A DNA stretch of 64,000 nt from Eutreptiella sp. 'Long Island Sound 2002' (lineage: Eukaryota; Protista; Euglenida), in contig OZ038378.1 of NCBI GenBank assembly GCA_964036045.1, positions 199,392,001-199,456,000 on the forward strand. The letters run 5' to 3'. The notes below the pieces were generated by a model. The model was not told where the DNA came from. It was given only the letters and a program-made list of their open reading frames with translations, and made no database searches. Shown here piece after piece: positions 38,021 through 50,280 of the stretch. How positions within the stretch are numbered: position 1 is the stretch's first letter; every line of letters begins with the position of its first letter. Both the position numbers and the translations under genes were made by a program.

Positions 38021-38227
38021 CTACGCCCCAGTGTACGGTCCATCGTAGTAGAATATGCCGCGCTGGTACAAGCGGCCTTTGTGGTACTGAGCTGCTGCAA
38101 GGAACTGGGGCCACCCTGCCCGGTGGTCCCAGGGCACCCAAGCAGCATCCGCTATGGCCAGCAGCCGCGGGAACAACTGATACTCGACCGAGTCCCAGGT
38201 CTTCATGGTCTCAGTCCAAAGTAGCGC
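38021..38227 (-). CDS. GH20 terminal exon 6
   Basis: Acceptor ctgctgcag; ALLWTETM...VEYQLFPRLLAIADAAW to TAG. Joins exon 5 as IIGLQ|ALLWTE. Confidence 0.93.
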   Translation of the reverse strand, partial: ALLWTETMKTWDSVEYQLFPRLLAIADAAWVPWDHRAGWPQFLAAAQYHKGRLYQRGIFYYDGPYTGA

Positions 38228-38514
38228 CTGCAGCAGAGGAGGCAGAGACTTGGCTCGAGATCCGGAGGCGAGAGGGAGGACTGGAGTGCGGCTCATGACT
38301 GTCCTTAAAGTAAACAAGATCGTTGAGTTACACTTGGCTACACGAATGCAGCACTGAATGGCAGTCAACCAACAGCACCCGGCCCATCACCAATAGCAGT
38401 TGGCGGGTCAGTGGCAGCAGCTGTTCACAGCGGACGGCACGGCACTTGGTGGTTACCGGGCAAATTCCACCCATAGACTGCCAACAGTTGGTGGTTACTC
38501 ACTGGCCTTGGGGG

Positions 38515-38750
38515 CTACTCCTGTAGCTCAGTGGTCAGAGGCATCAACAGTAGGCGCCCCAGCCAGGTGTTTGACATCCGGCCTGTCCCACTGATTGCTC
38601 CACGGAGGAGGTCTTGAGAAGGGTCATGTTTCGACCCACAGGGACCGCACAAATCCACCACAAACCCACCACAGGAGCAAGTAGCGCAGTGGTTAGCCAC
38701 TCCATGCTCAGAAATGCCTTGAATGAGGACCCCGGGTTCAATCCCAACTA
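38515..38750 (+). mobile_element. Two tandem degenerate tRNA-like/SINE heads
   Basis: A boxes tagctcagtggt (38524) and tagcgcagtggtt (38682); B box gggttcaatccc (38734). No intact cloverleaf. Confidence 0.5.
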
Positions 38751-40256
38751 CCCACCAATTACTGTGCACTAACAGAGTACGTACATGTATCCCTCCATGT
38801 AGCATGCTACAGGGACGGCAATCACAGGACAGGAAGGCTCATAACCTCCAGCCTTGGGGGTTGATCCTTATGAGCTGTCTTTATGAGATAAAAGGAAAAA
38901 GAATGTCCCTTATGGATAACAGTGGTGCTGCCACAAGGCACAGCTGGTACTGCCCAGTGCATGCCTCGTGTTTAGGTCCCTCCGACCTCCCTTTTGTTCC
39001 CTAAGCCCATCACACCCGTCCTCCCTGCTCTTGTGCTTCTCTCTATGGCTTGCATGCTCATCCTTGCACCAATGGAACCGGCTGTGGTTGGGCCATGTGG
39101 CACACAAGTGATCCCTAGAAACACTCTTCCACAATTAGGAAATGGCCAATCCCATTAGCGCTGTACAAACATGTATATGGGGAGTCTTTGCACTGCGCGC
39201 GCACTGCGCGCTACTTTTAGACTATGTTCCCCCCGAAGAGCCTCCAAGCACACCCCTTGGAAACGCCCTTAGAATTAGGTGACCCAAACTGCCCCAGCTC
39301 AAGAAAGTTGCAAACTACCTTCCCTTCACATAACACACATCATGCACAACTGGAAAAGCCATGAACAGCGCCCCTTGTATGCACCATCCATGGAGCCAAT
39401 CTCATAATCCATATAATGTCCCTTCACCCTTTTGGGCCCCTCGCGATCCCAAATGAGAACATCCGCCGATGTCCCCGGGGCCAACGGACAAATCCAAACG
39501 ATGTTGCCCAAGCTGTCAATGGCAAGATTGTCCCGGTTTCCTCAATAGCACCGGAAGGTTGGGGCCCAAAAGAGGGCGGAAATGCTACATCACCCCTGCA
39601 TTCTCGGGGGTCCCCAACAAAATCAGAACTCAAAACCTCCGCAACGGGTCACCATGATGCCCCTAGGGGCCCCTAGTATCTCAAAGTATGGGTCTCTAGT
39701 ACGGCCAGACGCCCAAATAGTTGCACTGCGCGCGCACTGCGCTTGAGGCGCCCCCATAGACATTTGCCTGCTATGTACTACAAGACCTGCCGCCTGCCAC
39801 ATGTTGGCCATCTTGTGAAACTTGAACTTCTTCTTGATAACGGTGCCTTGGCCTCCTCATGCTCGTATGCATTTGGATTGGTTTTGGTAGAAATGTGGGA
39901 GTTCATTATTCCGACAATTTGGGCTACTTTAGGCCATCCTCAGATTATTTGCCTTGATTTGCACTGATTGACTTGCACATCGCACCCTCCTTCTCCCCAG
40001 GTTGCTTGTCACTGCTGTCCATTGCCAACAGCTGTTGTTGTTGCAGCTACCTCATTTCCTTTCTTCCACTCATTGTGCTACCCTTCTTGCCTTCAACAGA
40101 GCCAGGGTGCCTCGTCTAGTAATGATGTGACCCCCCCCCCCCGCCCCTTGGCGGCAACAATGGCTGAAGGCTTCAGAAAAGGGGGGATGGAACATACATA
40201 TATATTAGGCAATCAAGGGTGTGCTTTTAGGCGGGTGTCCCCAAGATGTCCCAAAC

Positions 40257-40805
40257 CTAACCCCCCTGTTTAATATTCACACCCCATAATTTAACATTCA
40301 CGGCAGAATTACTATTCAAATGTGCCAAGAATGCCGGCCAACGACACATAGCGTGTGCACAACATTGAACGGGACAGGCTCCATTTCCATTTCGAAGGGT
40401 ATTTGAATACCAAAAACAAATTACATCACTATTGAGCAGGAGGTGTGGCCTGTGCAGCCACCTCCTTTTGAACAAATAAGCAATTGGTTGACATAGAACC
40501 TTGCCCTTTCTATGTTGCACATATTTCAAGCCGCACACAAAAGTGAACTGACCGGGGCTATCACACGCTGTACCTTTCTGAAACGTTTTCCTCCAATTGC
40601 AATGCGATACGGCGCGATAAAGTCTGGGCTGCACGGCTGTAGACCGTTGTGTGGACTGCACTACGGCTGTACTTGTTGTACTAATCTGAGAAATATCTGT
40701 CGCTGTAACATCTTGATTTTCAGAAAAGTCCACATCCTCCCCATCATCAAAAATGCAGCCATCAGAGTCACTATCAAATATTTGGACATCAGACAATAGC
40801 TCCAC
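40257..40805 (-). mobile_element. Possible piggyBac-like transposase N-terminal relic
   Basis: Acidic DSDSDGCIFDDGEDVDFSE head, then W...FTFVCGL...PIAYLF. No DDD core seen. Confidence 0.35.
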
Positions 40806-41071
40806 TTGGGTGGGGGAAAATTGGCTTGCGCGGGCGGGGGGGTCGTTGGAGCCCCTTTCCCGGACCCCCCCCCCCTCCTTGGCTCCCGTGACGGGGCCTT
40901 GAAAAAGGTCATAGATGGTGGCAAATAAAGTTGAACTTCCATTGAGGGGGGGGGGGGGGGCAGCAGTGGTGGTATTTATGTCCGGTTAGAGAGAAACACA
41001 CAGTTTGGGTTTTCGTCAGTAGCAGACTTGGATCCAAGCAGTGGGGAGGCCATGTTCACCGAGACTGGCAA

Positions 41072-41228
41072 TAGTCAAATGGTAGTGCAGCGGGCAGTAG
41101 AATTTTTGGTCGGCGGTTCGAATCCCGGTCAGGCGCACATGCAGGCGGCGCCGCCGATGGCATCCGCCTGGCAAGGATTCGAACCGTCGACCACAAAAAC
41201 TGCAGCTGCCTGCGCTACCATTCGACCA
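41072..41228. repeat. Inverted pair of tRNA-like SINE heads
   Basis: 41072-41135 (+; tagtcaaatggtag…ggttcgaatccc) and 41165-41228 (-; tggtcgaatggtag…ggttcgaatcc). Confidence 0.7.
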
Positions 41229-42519
41229 TGGGATGTTGCGGTAGGAATGTGCATCCACATTGCTTGGATCCTTCTGATGCCTTGGGGTATGCTACGTGAA
41301 TGACCCCAAAAAAGGGGGGTATACGACGCCCACGCCTGCACCTCTCTTCGAGGTGATAGGTACTTTACCAAGGGTTCTGTCACAGGAGCCCCATTGCCAG
41401 ACCCCCCCCCCCTCCTTCGGGGGGCTCCCACGACCCCCCCCCCCTCGCGCAAGCCAATTTTCCCCTCGCCCTTGCTCCACTCTTGACTCCGTTGTGCTGA
41501 TAGACCACCCATCATCATCCATGGAGGGTGTGTGCACACGTGTTGTGACCAGAGCGACCTTTGGGGGTGGTCTCGGGCTTTGGGGGGGTTGGGTTGGGCT
41601 GTCGGCCTCATGCAGGAGCCACTCGGGTCCGGGCATCCCTCCCTGCCCCACCATGAGGCTGAACAACCTGACTGTCCGGTCCCAAGGCCAAGCGGACTAT
41701 CAACAGTGACATGGCCTGAGCGGTAGATACCGTTGTCCCGCGTGTGGGCATGTGCACAAGGACTGGAGTGTTACGTGTTGGCCGGTCAGGCACGGGGCTC
41801 ACGGGCGTCTATGGCTGGGCTGCACCCAGCACATGAAGGATCCATGCCGTGCTGGCCCACATGCCTAGGGTTTCGGGGCCCGGGGGTCTCGCCACATCGC
41901 ATCTATTCGTCTGTGCCCCCCGGCCCCTGGGGGTCGCTGGTGCCCCGGTGTGGGCGGCGGTGCTGCTCCTTCGCGTGTTCTGACCTCTTGGCTTACCGAT
42001 TTCGATGCTCGCTGGGCTGCCGTGGATGGTCGTTTCATGGCTGGTCATTTGCACGCTTGGGGCGAGCCATGTCACGCTGTGCTGGAGCCACACCTGATCA
42101 GGGACCTGTGGCTATATAGGAATGTATAAGGGCTGTGTCGAGGCTGCGCAGGGGCTGCAAAGGAGTGTATGTCTGTCCGCGTGTGCCTGTGTAAGAGCTG
42201 TATCAGGGCTGTATAAGGGCTATACAAGGGCTGTGTAAGGGCTGTGTAAAGGCTCTGAAAGGGCTGTGTAAAGGCTGTCTCTCTGTCAGCCCTGGGTCAC
42301 GCACGCTTGGCCCTAGGCTACAAACAGCCGCCCACAGCATGAAATCCTTCAGAAGGTATACCCCCGTGTTGCGCCCTGCTGTGCCTGTGCTGCCTGCCTG
42401 CACTGCCGACCAGGACACCAGACCCCACCCCAGGAACACCGCACAGGCTCTGGCTTTGGGGGGGGGGGGGGCGGGGGGGCTACCCTTGGCGCACCCGCTG
42501 GAACTACCCACAGTTGCTG

Positions 42520-42520
<1 letters not shown>

Positions 42521-42572
<52 letters not shown>

Positions 42573-42620
42573 TGTGTGTGTGTGTGTGCGTGTGTGTGTG
42601 TGTGTGTGTGCGTGTGTGCG
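42521..42620. repeat. (TG)n microsatellite, ~100 bp
   Basis: Direct observation. Confidence 0.98.
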
Positions 42621-44327
42621 CGCCGCCGTTGCAATCGTGGGACCGCCCACTCACGCCGTTGTGTGTGCGTTTCAGTGCAGCAAGCGAGCAGTCGATTGTG
42701 CAGGCACAAAAAGCAGCCATGGGATTGCCTGTCGCTGCCAAAAGCAGAGGGGTGGCCCATCGTCGTTTTGCTGGAGGAGGATGCCCCACTGGGAATCGAC
42801 CCCAGGGCATCCATTCCTTCGTCAAGGGGGTGGACCATTCGACCACCACCAGGCGTACCCTGTCAGTCCTCGGAGCGTATGGTGTGGGCGTGTGTGAGCG
42901 CGCGTTTTGTGCTTGTACTTTGATGCTCGGTGGTGGGGGGGGGGGGGGCTTTAACTCTCCCTGAGCTCCAGGTTACCCCCACAGGCTACTCCCCGGATGG
43001 CAACGCACCTTGGTGACTCAACTCAAATCAGGGGGAAGAGGAGAGTGCAGGGACGCCTGCCGGTGCACTTAAAACCGCCGGCGACTTCCTTCACAAGTTC
43101 GGCACCCCCCAGGTGTTTCGTGCCAAAGGCACTTAAACCCGACACTGTTAATTTACACCGCCAAAGGCCCTGCTGCGGGGCCTTGCACCCAGCACCCAAC
43201 CTGAGCAACCCTCCTCTATTTACCGGCCCCGGTTTGGGAGGACTTGGTAGCCACAGGGGTGGGGGCGGGGGTGGGGGCTGAGTTGAAATGAAAAAGGCAG
43301 AGACCCACGCCAAGTGAGGCAGGCACCATTTGGTGTACCCCCATGGGGGGGGGGGGGCTCAGCCAAGGAGGCAGGCACCCACCCACCGACTGACGAACAT
43401 AAAGGAACCTGCAAAGAAAAAGACAGGCACTCACCCGCCCCTCCCCACCATCTGGGATAGGGTTGGCCCTTCAGTAAACGCCGCAGTAGGCAACGTCTCA
43501 AGGTCCCTCGAAGGGGGGGGATCAACATGGCTACATAACCCTTGCCGTCTCGGGTCTCCAGAGTGGGGAGGAATCCAAGTAGCTACATCACCTTTGCCTT
43601 GTTGGGGCCCCCAAACTGGGAGGACCGAAAAAGGGTGCAAAACCCCTAACCACTTGATACATATGATGCACGCCAAGCCTTTGGAAGGCTCGCATCAGCA
43701 ATAGGCCTTCCGGCTTCTGCTGATCATGCCAGGTTCATAAGCCACGTCTTGTGGTTGATTCATATCTCAAGGGTCAGGGTTGCCAGTTCATCCGAACAGG
43801 TCTTGGGACGCCGGGGACCTGTACCAGGTACAAGGACCTGGTCTTGGGCTTGGCCCACGACCCAACTCTTACCATCGCGGCCTGTGGCTCACCGGCGTTG
43901 TCCTGGCACCGTCCGTGCACTTTGCCACCTCCTCTGAATCCTTCTGTTTTCGTTGAGACCATCTGCATTTTGCCCTTGTCTGTCCTCTTTGTGTGGTTGT
44001 GCGCGCGTGCGTTGCACCCCTTGCGCTGAGACATCGCAGGGCCGGTCATACGTGACACTGGCTTCATTGTTGCTGGTCCTTTGCATATGAAAGGGGGACG
44101 GGGCGGAAGGAGGGAGGAAGGTCCCCCCACCCCTCCCCCCTTGCGTAAGCACGCTGAAAGTCAGGGAAACGACGGGCAGACGGGCCCCCGTGCCTAGACA
44201 AGGCAGTGCTTGCGCAGTGGGCAGGTGCGGGGCGGGGCGAGGGCAGGGAGTGAGCGGGTGGATGGAAAAGAGGAGGGGGGCAGGGGTGCGTGGGTGCAGG
44301 GCCGAGAGAAGGTGAGGGCGCAGGCAC

Positions 44328-44801
44328 CTGCAGCCCGATGATGTTCTGGTGCTGCAGCAGCCCGATCTCCCACGCATTCCGGAGGTGGACCGTCCCCGCC
44401 TGCACCGAGTAGGCGCTCTGGCTGTGCGGCTCCATCTGAAAGAGATCCAGATAACTCTTCGACGTCGGGGCGGCCACCACCGGATACCCGAGGCGCATGA
44501 TCTTGTCGAACGAGGCCTCGGGGGCCCAGTCGCGCCACCAAACCAGCACCGTCTTCGCCCGGTCCGGCGCGTACCCCCGCAGGTCCACGAACGAGTCGTC
44601 CCAGGCGAGCACCCGCTTCTGGTACTCCCCCACAAACGCCGTCAGGCGGTCCAGCAAGTGCCCCTGCAGCCGCTCGTTGTCGGGGATGCCGAGCGCCGCT
44701 TTGACCCGGCGGCCCGGCTCGGCATTGTACGCGGCATCGCGGAACTGCGAGGCCTCGTCTCCGCCCAAGTGCAGGAAGCTGCTGGGGAACAGGTCAAGTA
44801 C
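44328..44801 (-). CDS. GH20 exon 5 (catalytic Asp-Glu pair)
   Basis: Acceptor tcctcag; LFPSSFLHLGGDEA...AWDD...YLD; 158 codons; donor CAG|GTGCCT. Confidence 0.95.
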
Positions 44802-45132
44802 CTGAGGACCGGGGGGACGAGCGAAAGTGCACGCGCGGTCCGGCAACGACAGCGTTCTCGGCCGGATGGCCTTGTGGGTTGACCTGGGGCCACCGTCCGA
44901 TGGCACGCCAACACAGCACTTCAAATTGCTGTGGCATTGTGAAGGGGAGTGATCCAGCCGGATGGCGGTCTGCGTGTGTACGTGCTGTGGTGTTGCCCCG
45001 CCCCCCCCCCCCAATGTCCATCGCCCACCTCTGCCTCTGGAAGCTTAATGCGGCCCTCCAATTGCATACGGTTCCTGGGAAGCCCAATGAAATCAGGCCT
45101 CGAGGGTTACGCTCATCAAAATGCATTCCTAC

Positions 45133-45358
45133 CAGGCCTTTGCTTAGTGATACTGGGGGGGGGGGGTCAAATTGGCCCCCCGGGATTTTGGCTGACCCAC
45201 CCACCCACCCACATCAGAAAATTTTTCCTCAGAAAAAAATGAAATTTTATCAAAGGGGCCCGAACTTGGAGGTCGATTTTAGGTACACAAACTTTTTTTT
45301 GGCCTCTGACCCCCCCCCCCCCCGGTATAGTATCAACCAGCCACTAAGCAAAGGCCTG
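45133..45358. mobile_element. hAT-superfamily MITE (226 bp)
   Basis: Perfect 17-bp TIR CAGGCCTTTGCTTAGTG; exact TSD ATTCCTAC at 45125-45132 and 45359-45366. Confidence 0.92.
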
Positions 45359-46599
45359 ATTCCTACCCCTCTACCTCCAGCACGAGGAGGTCAAAAGCCG
45401 AGCCCCCCTGTGTGGTACGGTGTTGCGTTGATGCAGTGGCATACATTAAGCCCCCGCGTATCTGACGGACCGAACAATGTACGGTACGCCATGCAACAGG
45501 CCGGTATACTGCTTCTGCGGATTGCACGGTCCTGTGCCCAGTCAATGCCCAGCAGCTGCCCCAAACGCTACACTGCGTAACAACAAGTGTCAGAAGTGTG
45601 ATGGTCGGATGGCATCGGATACGCACCAAAGATGCGCGCCCCCCTCTGTATGAGGTACCCGATTGCGGGGGAGAGCTGCCTTGGGGCATTTAGGCATTCA
45701 GGGCACCAACAAGGCCTGAATCCCGATCCGCAACCCAAGCGTAACGGCAGCCAATCGTGCAGCAGCAGACAGTCTTACAGGAGAGCTATTCGGCCCGAGC
45801 CAACAGTTCCAAGTGACTAAAATCAACCCAACTTGCAATATTCGAAATTTGATTGCCAATTTTGCAACGGTTCATCTTGCTTTCACAGTTGTGTCTCACA
45901 ACGGTGCCGCAAACTCTTTAGGGGAGAGTTCTCCACCCGGGTCTGCAGATGGTTTTCTGGATGCTGAGGACATTGATTTTGATGCTATCAGATGTGGCGT
46001 GGACCAACTTCCACCGTCTTTGGACACATTCGAGGCCCGTACCAGACCCCCTTTGGGAGCCCATTGCTGAACGCCGTGGCCCATCTCGTGCGAAACACAC
46101 TCGTAGACCCCCCCCCCGTTATGCCGTGATTGCACGATCCAGGGGCAATGGAGGGCACCGTCATGCTGCCCAACCCCCCGAATATGTGCAACGGCTGCTG
46201 TGCCAAAGACGCCACCAATCGCCCACGGGTCTCGCCTCACCTCCGACAGGGCAGCACCGAGAGTTCACCCCGCGGGCGCCTTAACAAGCATCCGGACCAG
46301 TGCAGGCACAGGTCCTCCCAGCGCCCTACTACTACAGTACCACCGGGGTGTCACACGTGACGGGACTGCCCACTGAGGGGCTGGAGGTCTCCTCGCTTCA
46401 AAACAGGCGGCTCACAACAGATCATACGATTCCGAATCACAACAGATGACCAGGAGCCGCTGCCCCCCTCACAACCGTCACGCAGTAAAAGCTGCTGTTT
46501 GCATTCACTACTACATCGACGGCTGCCCCAGCGGAAGGGTGCGGGCACACCCCATTTGACATTTACCAGACCCCAAGTGGAGCCTGCCGGGCACTAGCC

Positions 46600-46830
46600 T
46601 GCCATGCATCGCACAGCACTAGCAGAGCACTGCACTGGCCTGCACTGCACAGCAATGCACAGCAGGGCCGTGCAATGCCCTGCAATGCACAGCACAACAC
46701 TGCCCTGCACAGCACAGCATAGCACAGCAATGCACAGCACTGCACGGCACGGCCCTGCACTACACTATGTTGCCCTGGGCAGGGCAGTGCAGTGCACTGC
46801 AGGGCGGTGCTGTGCAGTGCTGTGCCATCT
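46600..46830. repeat. Degenerate (GCACA/GCACT)n pentamer array
   Basis: Direct observation; orientation flips near 46780. Confidence 0.85.
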
Positions 46831-47056
46831 CCGAGATAAACCAGATTTGTGGGCCACTTTGCGGGACTCACCATAGAACATGCCCATTTTGTCTTCATTT
46901 GAACGACTGTTGTCCGCACGCTGCACTCCATTTGCTGAAGCGCAGACACGACTCAAGAGCGGCGCATCGCTGCCAGTCCCCTGACGTCCCATGACGACGT
47001 CTGCCACTGGTTCACCTGCGCAGAGCGCAGAGAAAGAGGGAGAGTGGGGGGCCGAC

Positions 47057-47431
47057 CTCCTCCAAAATGTCCCGGAGGTACTGCATGGTCTCATTCGTCG
47101 GGATGACCATGCCGTGCGTGCCGCCCATGCAGTTGGGAGCCCCATGTAGCGCCTTCTGCCCTCCCGGATGTGTACATCCCTCATGCAGCTCCACAGCCCC
47201 GAGGTGGACCGGGGGCGACGCGTGCCGCGCCGCAACAATGAGGGCTGCCGCATGCGCCGGGACGTCAATCTCAGGGATCACATCAATGAACAGGTCCGCG
47301 GCATACGACACAATGTCACGGATCTCCGACTGCGTGTAGTACTGCGGGATCACGTACTCTGTGCCGTTGTACACTGGGTGCCCTGGTGTGGCCGTGCGCT
47401 GGTTCAGGGTGGGCCCACGGCGGCCTCCGAC
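47057..47431 (-). CDS. GH20 exon 4
   Basis: Acceptor ctacacag; VGGRR...YYTQSEIRDIVSYAADLFIDVIPEIDVPAH; 125 codons; donor GAG|GTCGGC. Confidence 0.95.
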
Positions 47432-48170
47432 CTGTGTAGGACGAGGATGAGGGAAGGATGAGAAATGGAAGGAAGGGGTGGCCAAAGGTGCTGGTGCGGG
47501 GTGGTGCGGCCCCTCTCCCGGTTTCACCTGAAGTCTCGCTGCTGTGGTGAAGCATCTGGGGCCCCAAGGAGCTGTGGAATGCAGGTGTTGGTGCAGACTC
47601 TGCCCTTGTGGGGGCACAACGCAGCGCAGCAGCAAGTGATCAGAAGAGAAAGATCTTCAGTCATTGCAAGCTGCACCTTTCGCGGCAAGAGGAGCGTCCG
47701 AATAGAGACCTGAGATGAGGACTGGTTCAATGGTACCTGGAAACCTGGCTTGCCCACTTGAAACACCGGCTTGATCCTCAGTTCATTATTCACCGCACCC
47801 CCTCCCCCCACCCAATGCAGAAGCGCAACTTCTGCCCCTCTCCGCGTGTTCAAGCACATCATCCTGCGGTGCTGGTTGCGCGACGGCCAGCCACTGGTGC
47901 TATGTGAAGTCCACAGCTATGCGACATTGGCGCCATGCATGCAAGGAGGACACGGCCTTTGTGCAAGCATGCAACCCACTAGGTCACTCAATGCAAGGCT
48001 CCAACACCTCACCGTTTGGACTAGAGCGGTGGTGACTTGGTAAATTTGGAGCTAAGTGCAGGGGCAATGATGATTGTCACGGGGGCTTGTGTACCATTCT
48101 CTGACCCAGTTTCACAAAGGTAACAATAGTAATAACCATATGAACCGCAATGAATAATGAAACTTTCCTC

Positions 48171-48297
48171 GCACTATTAAACACTGTGGACCTGTTCTCA
48201 TGCATGCCTTCCCTGAACTTCAAAAGGCCATGTGAACCAATCCAGCGAGTTTTGGGGATGACATGCATGAGGACAGGTCCATAGTGTTTAATGGTGC
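48171..48297. repeat. 127-bp fold-back/MITE with 36-bp arms
   Basis: 48171-48206 and 48262-48297 are reverse complements with 3 mismatches; flanked by CTC on both sides (possible 3-bp TSD). Confidence 0.8.
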
Positions 48298-50109
48298 CTC
48301 ACACTTTTCTGAATTGGCTATATTTAGCCAGATTAGCTAGATTAGCTAGATTGCAAAATTTCCTCGCAAACACATATCTCTCGGGGACATTCAGAACACG
48401 CCAACGAGGTGGGTTTTGGCACTTTTTGCGGGTTTAGCGAACTTTTGGTCTGTTGCGCCAAAATTTCGTCCCTTTGGGGGGTATGTGTCGAAAAAAAGGC
48501 CATTTCAGAAATGTATTGGATTGGGGGGGGGGGGGGGGGTAAGGAGGTCACATTTTTGAGCAAACAGAGCTGCGGACCTCTCACGGCTGACCCGCACCCA
48601 GGCTGCACCACCACGGCGTGCTCTTTTCCGAACCAATGGTTTCTGCGGTGCATCCGGTGAAGCAACTACACGTGGCGTGAATTTGTATGCATACATGGTG
48701 GCTGCCTATTGACAAAAACAAGCAGCAAGCAACACAGGCATCGTCCAAAACGGACGAAAATCTCAAACACGTCGTCGGTACAGCATGCAGACCTAGGGTG
48801 TTCCGAATAGCCCTTTCCAAGGGCTTTCCGAATATACCCCACATACCCTACCTTCGGAACACTAAGCGGGCATAAATGAGGGAAAAATGGCACCAACCCC
48901 CGAAAACCCACCGAGTTGGCGCAATTCCGGTTGTCCCCACGAGATATGCACCGAGATGAGAAGCACACACAGACATCAAAGCACAATGATGAAGTGACCA
49001 CACATTGAAATGTAACAAATGTGTAGGAATTTAGTGATTTTGTCCACATACATCAAAGGCGCTAGACAGTTGTGCATATAATACTCTAGTTTCCTTCGAG
49101 TTACATTGTAGCTTCTATGCCAACCTTGCACGTCTAACATGTCCCAAGGGGATGGATGACCAGCCGGGCAAGTCACAATCAGAAGCTGGCCCCTCAATGC
49201 AATGTCTCAAGTCAGGTAGTCATCCTAGGGGATTGGCCGTGTAGTTGACAACAAGCCCCAAGAGAGCCAGCTATTGGAAGGTGTCACCAATGACAAACTC
49301 CGTGACCATTAGGGGTAGAGAGGGCAGTGCAGCGATGAGTGGCAATGTAGCTAATGCCAAGTCGCAAGAGGGCTACACAGCCGATGAGCAACCCAAAAGT
49401 GGGGAAGTGCTGCACCAAACCCCCACAAGTATTCGCACAAAGGACCAAAGACACAAGAGCAATAATCCAATACAAAAAACAATCCCTCGGATGCTGGGCT
49501 GCAATGACAACACTCAAAAGAGGAGGGTTAGCTAGGGGGTGTGACCTAATTAAAAAACAGACAAATGCAAACCAGAGGGTTAGCTAGGGGGGGGGGGGGG
49601 GTAGCTAGTGGGGGGGCGGGGTTTAGACTAGCCCAAGCTACTTGAGGAGACGGTGTATGACCCCGGGGCTGAGATGATGGGCTATGACAAGATACGCCAT
49701 TTAACACTCTCGAGGACTATGGTGCAGGGTTGGCATGCACGGCATGCACAGCATGGCAGAAAAATCGTGGAGAAGCGGGCGTGGAGGCAACAACAACACC
49801 GGAAGCCCCGATGCAGCTTGTTGCCGTGGTGGTGAGCTACTCAGGCCACACACATGCAAGGTGATGATAGGACACTGCTCATGCTGGACTAGCCCCACAA
49901 TAGATCCTCCCACAATGAGGCTTGGACCTTGTCCAAGCACTCCCACATCATAGGCGAAGGGTCACAAGCCCCTCGAAGGAGGGTCCCTTGCTACCCCTTT
50001 AAAGGGGAAACCTGACAAGGTGGACCCATTAGCCACGATCCCCTCTAACGGGCACCCCCTAGCTCCAACCCACTTGGGACACTGAAGAGGGTCATCCCAA
50101 CAGGTCCAT

Positions 50110-50280
50110 AAGGACCATGACTGGCGACCCCTACTTTTTCCGCTTGGTGCAGTGGTGGCAGGAGCTGCCCCATCCGAATCACACCTTGCCAACTAGGCAG
50201 TGTTCCCTGGTGGCGGGGGCTCACCTGGAGCAAATGGAGGGGGTGTTACACCAGCACTGGCTCCGGCGGGTGAGGGAGAG
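50110..50280 (+). mobile_element. Possible LINE C-terminal relic
   Basis: FFRLVQWWQEL..NHTLPTRQCSLV loosely resembles LLRWLTRL..QSQVSFMELV of the 11.2-11.4 kb LINE. Confidence 0.25.

Noticed and set aside
41072-41228. Functional tRNA genes here, at 4941-5070 and at 38515-38750
   Set aside because: A/B boxes are present but the anticodon and acceptor stems do not pair; treated as SINE heads.
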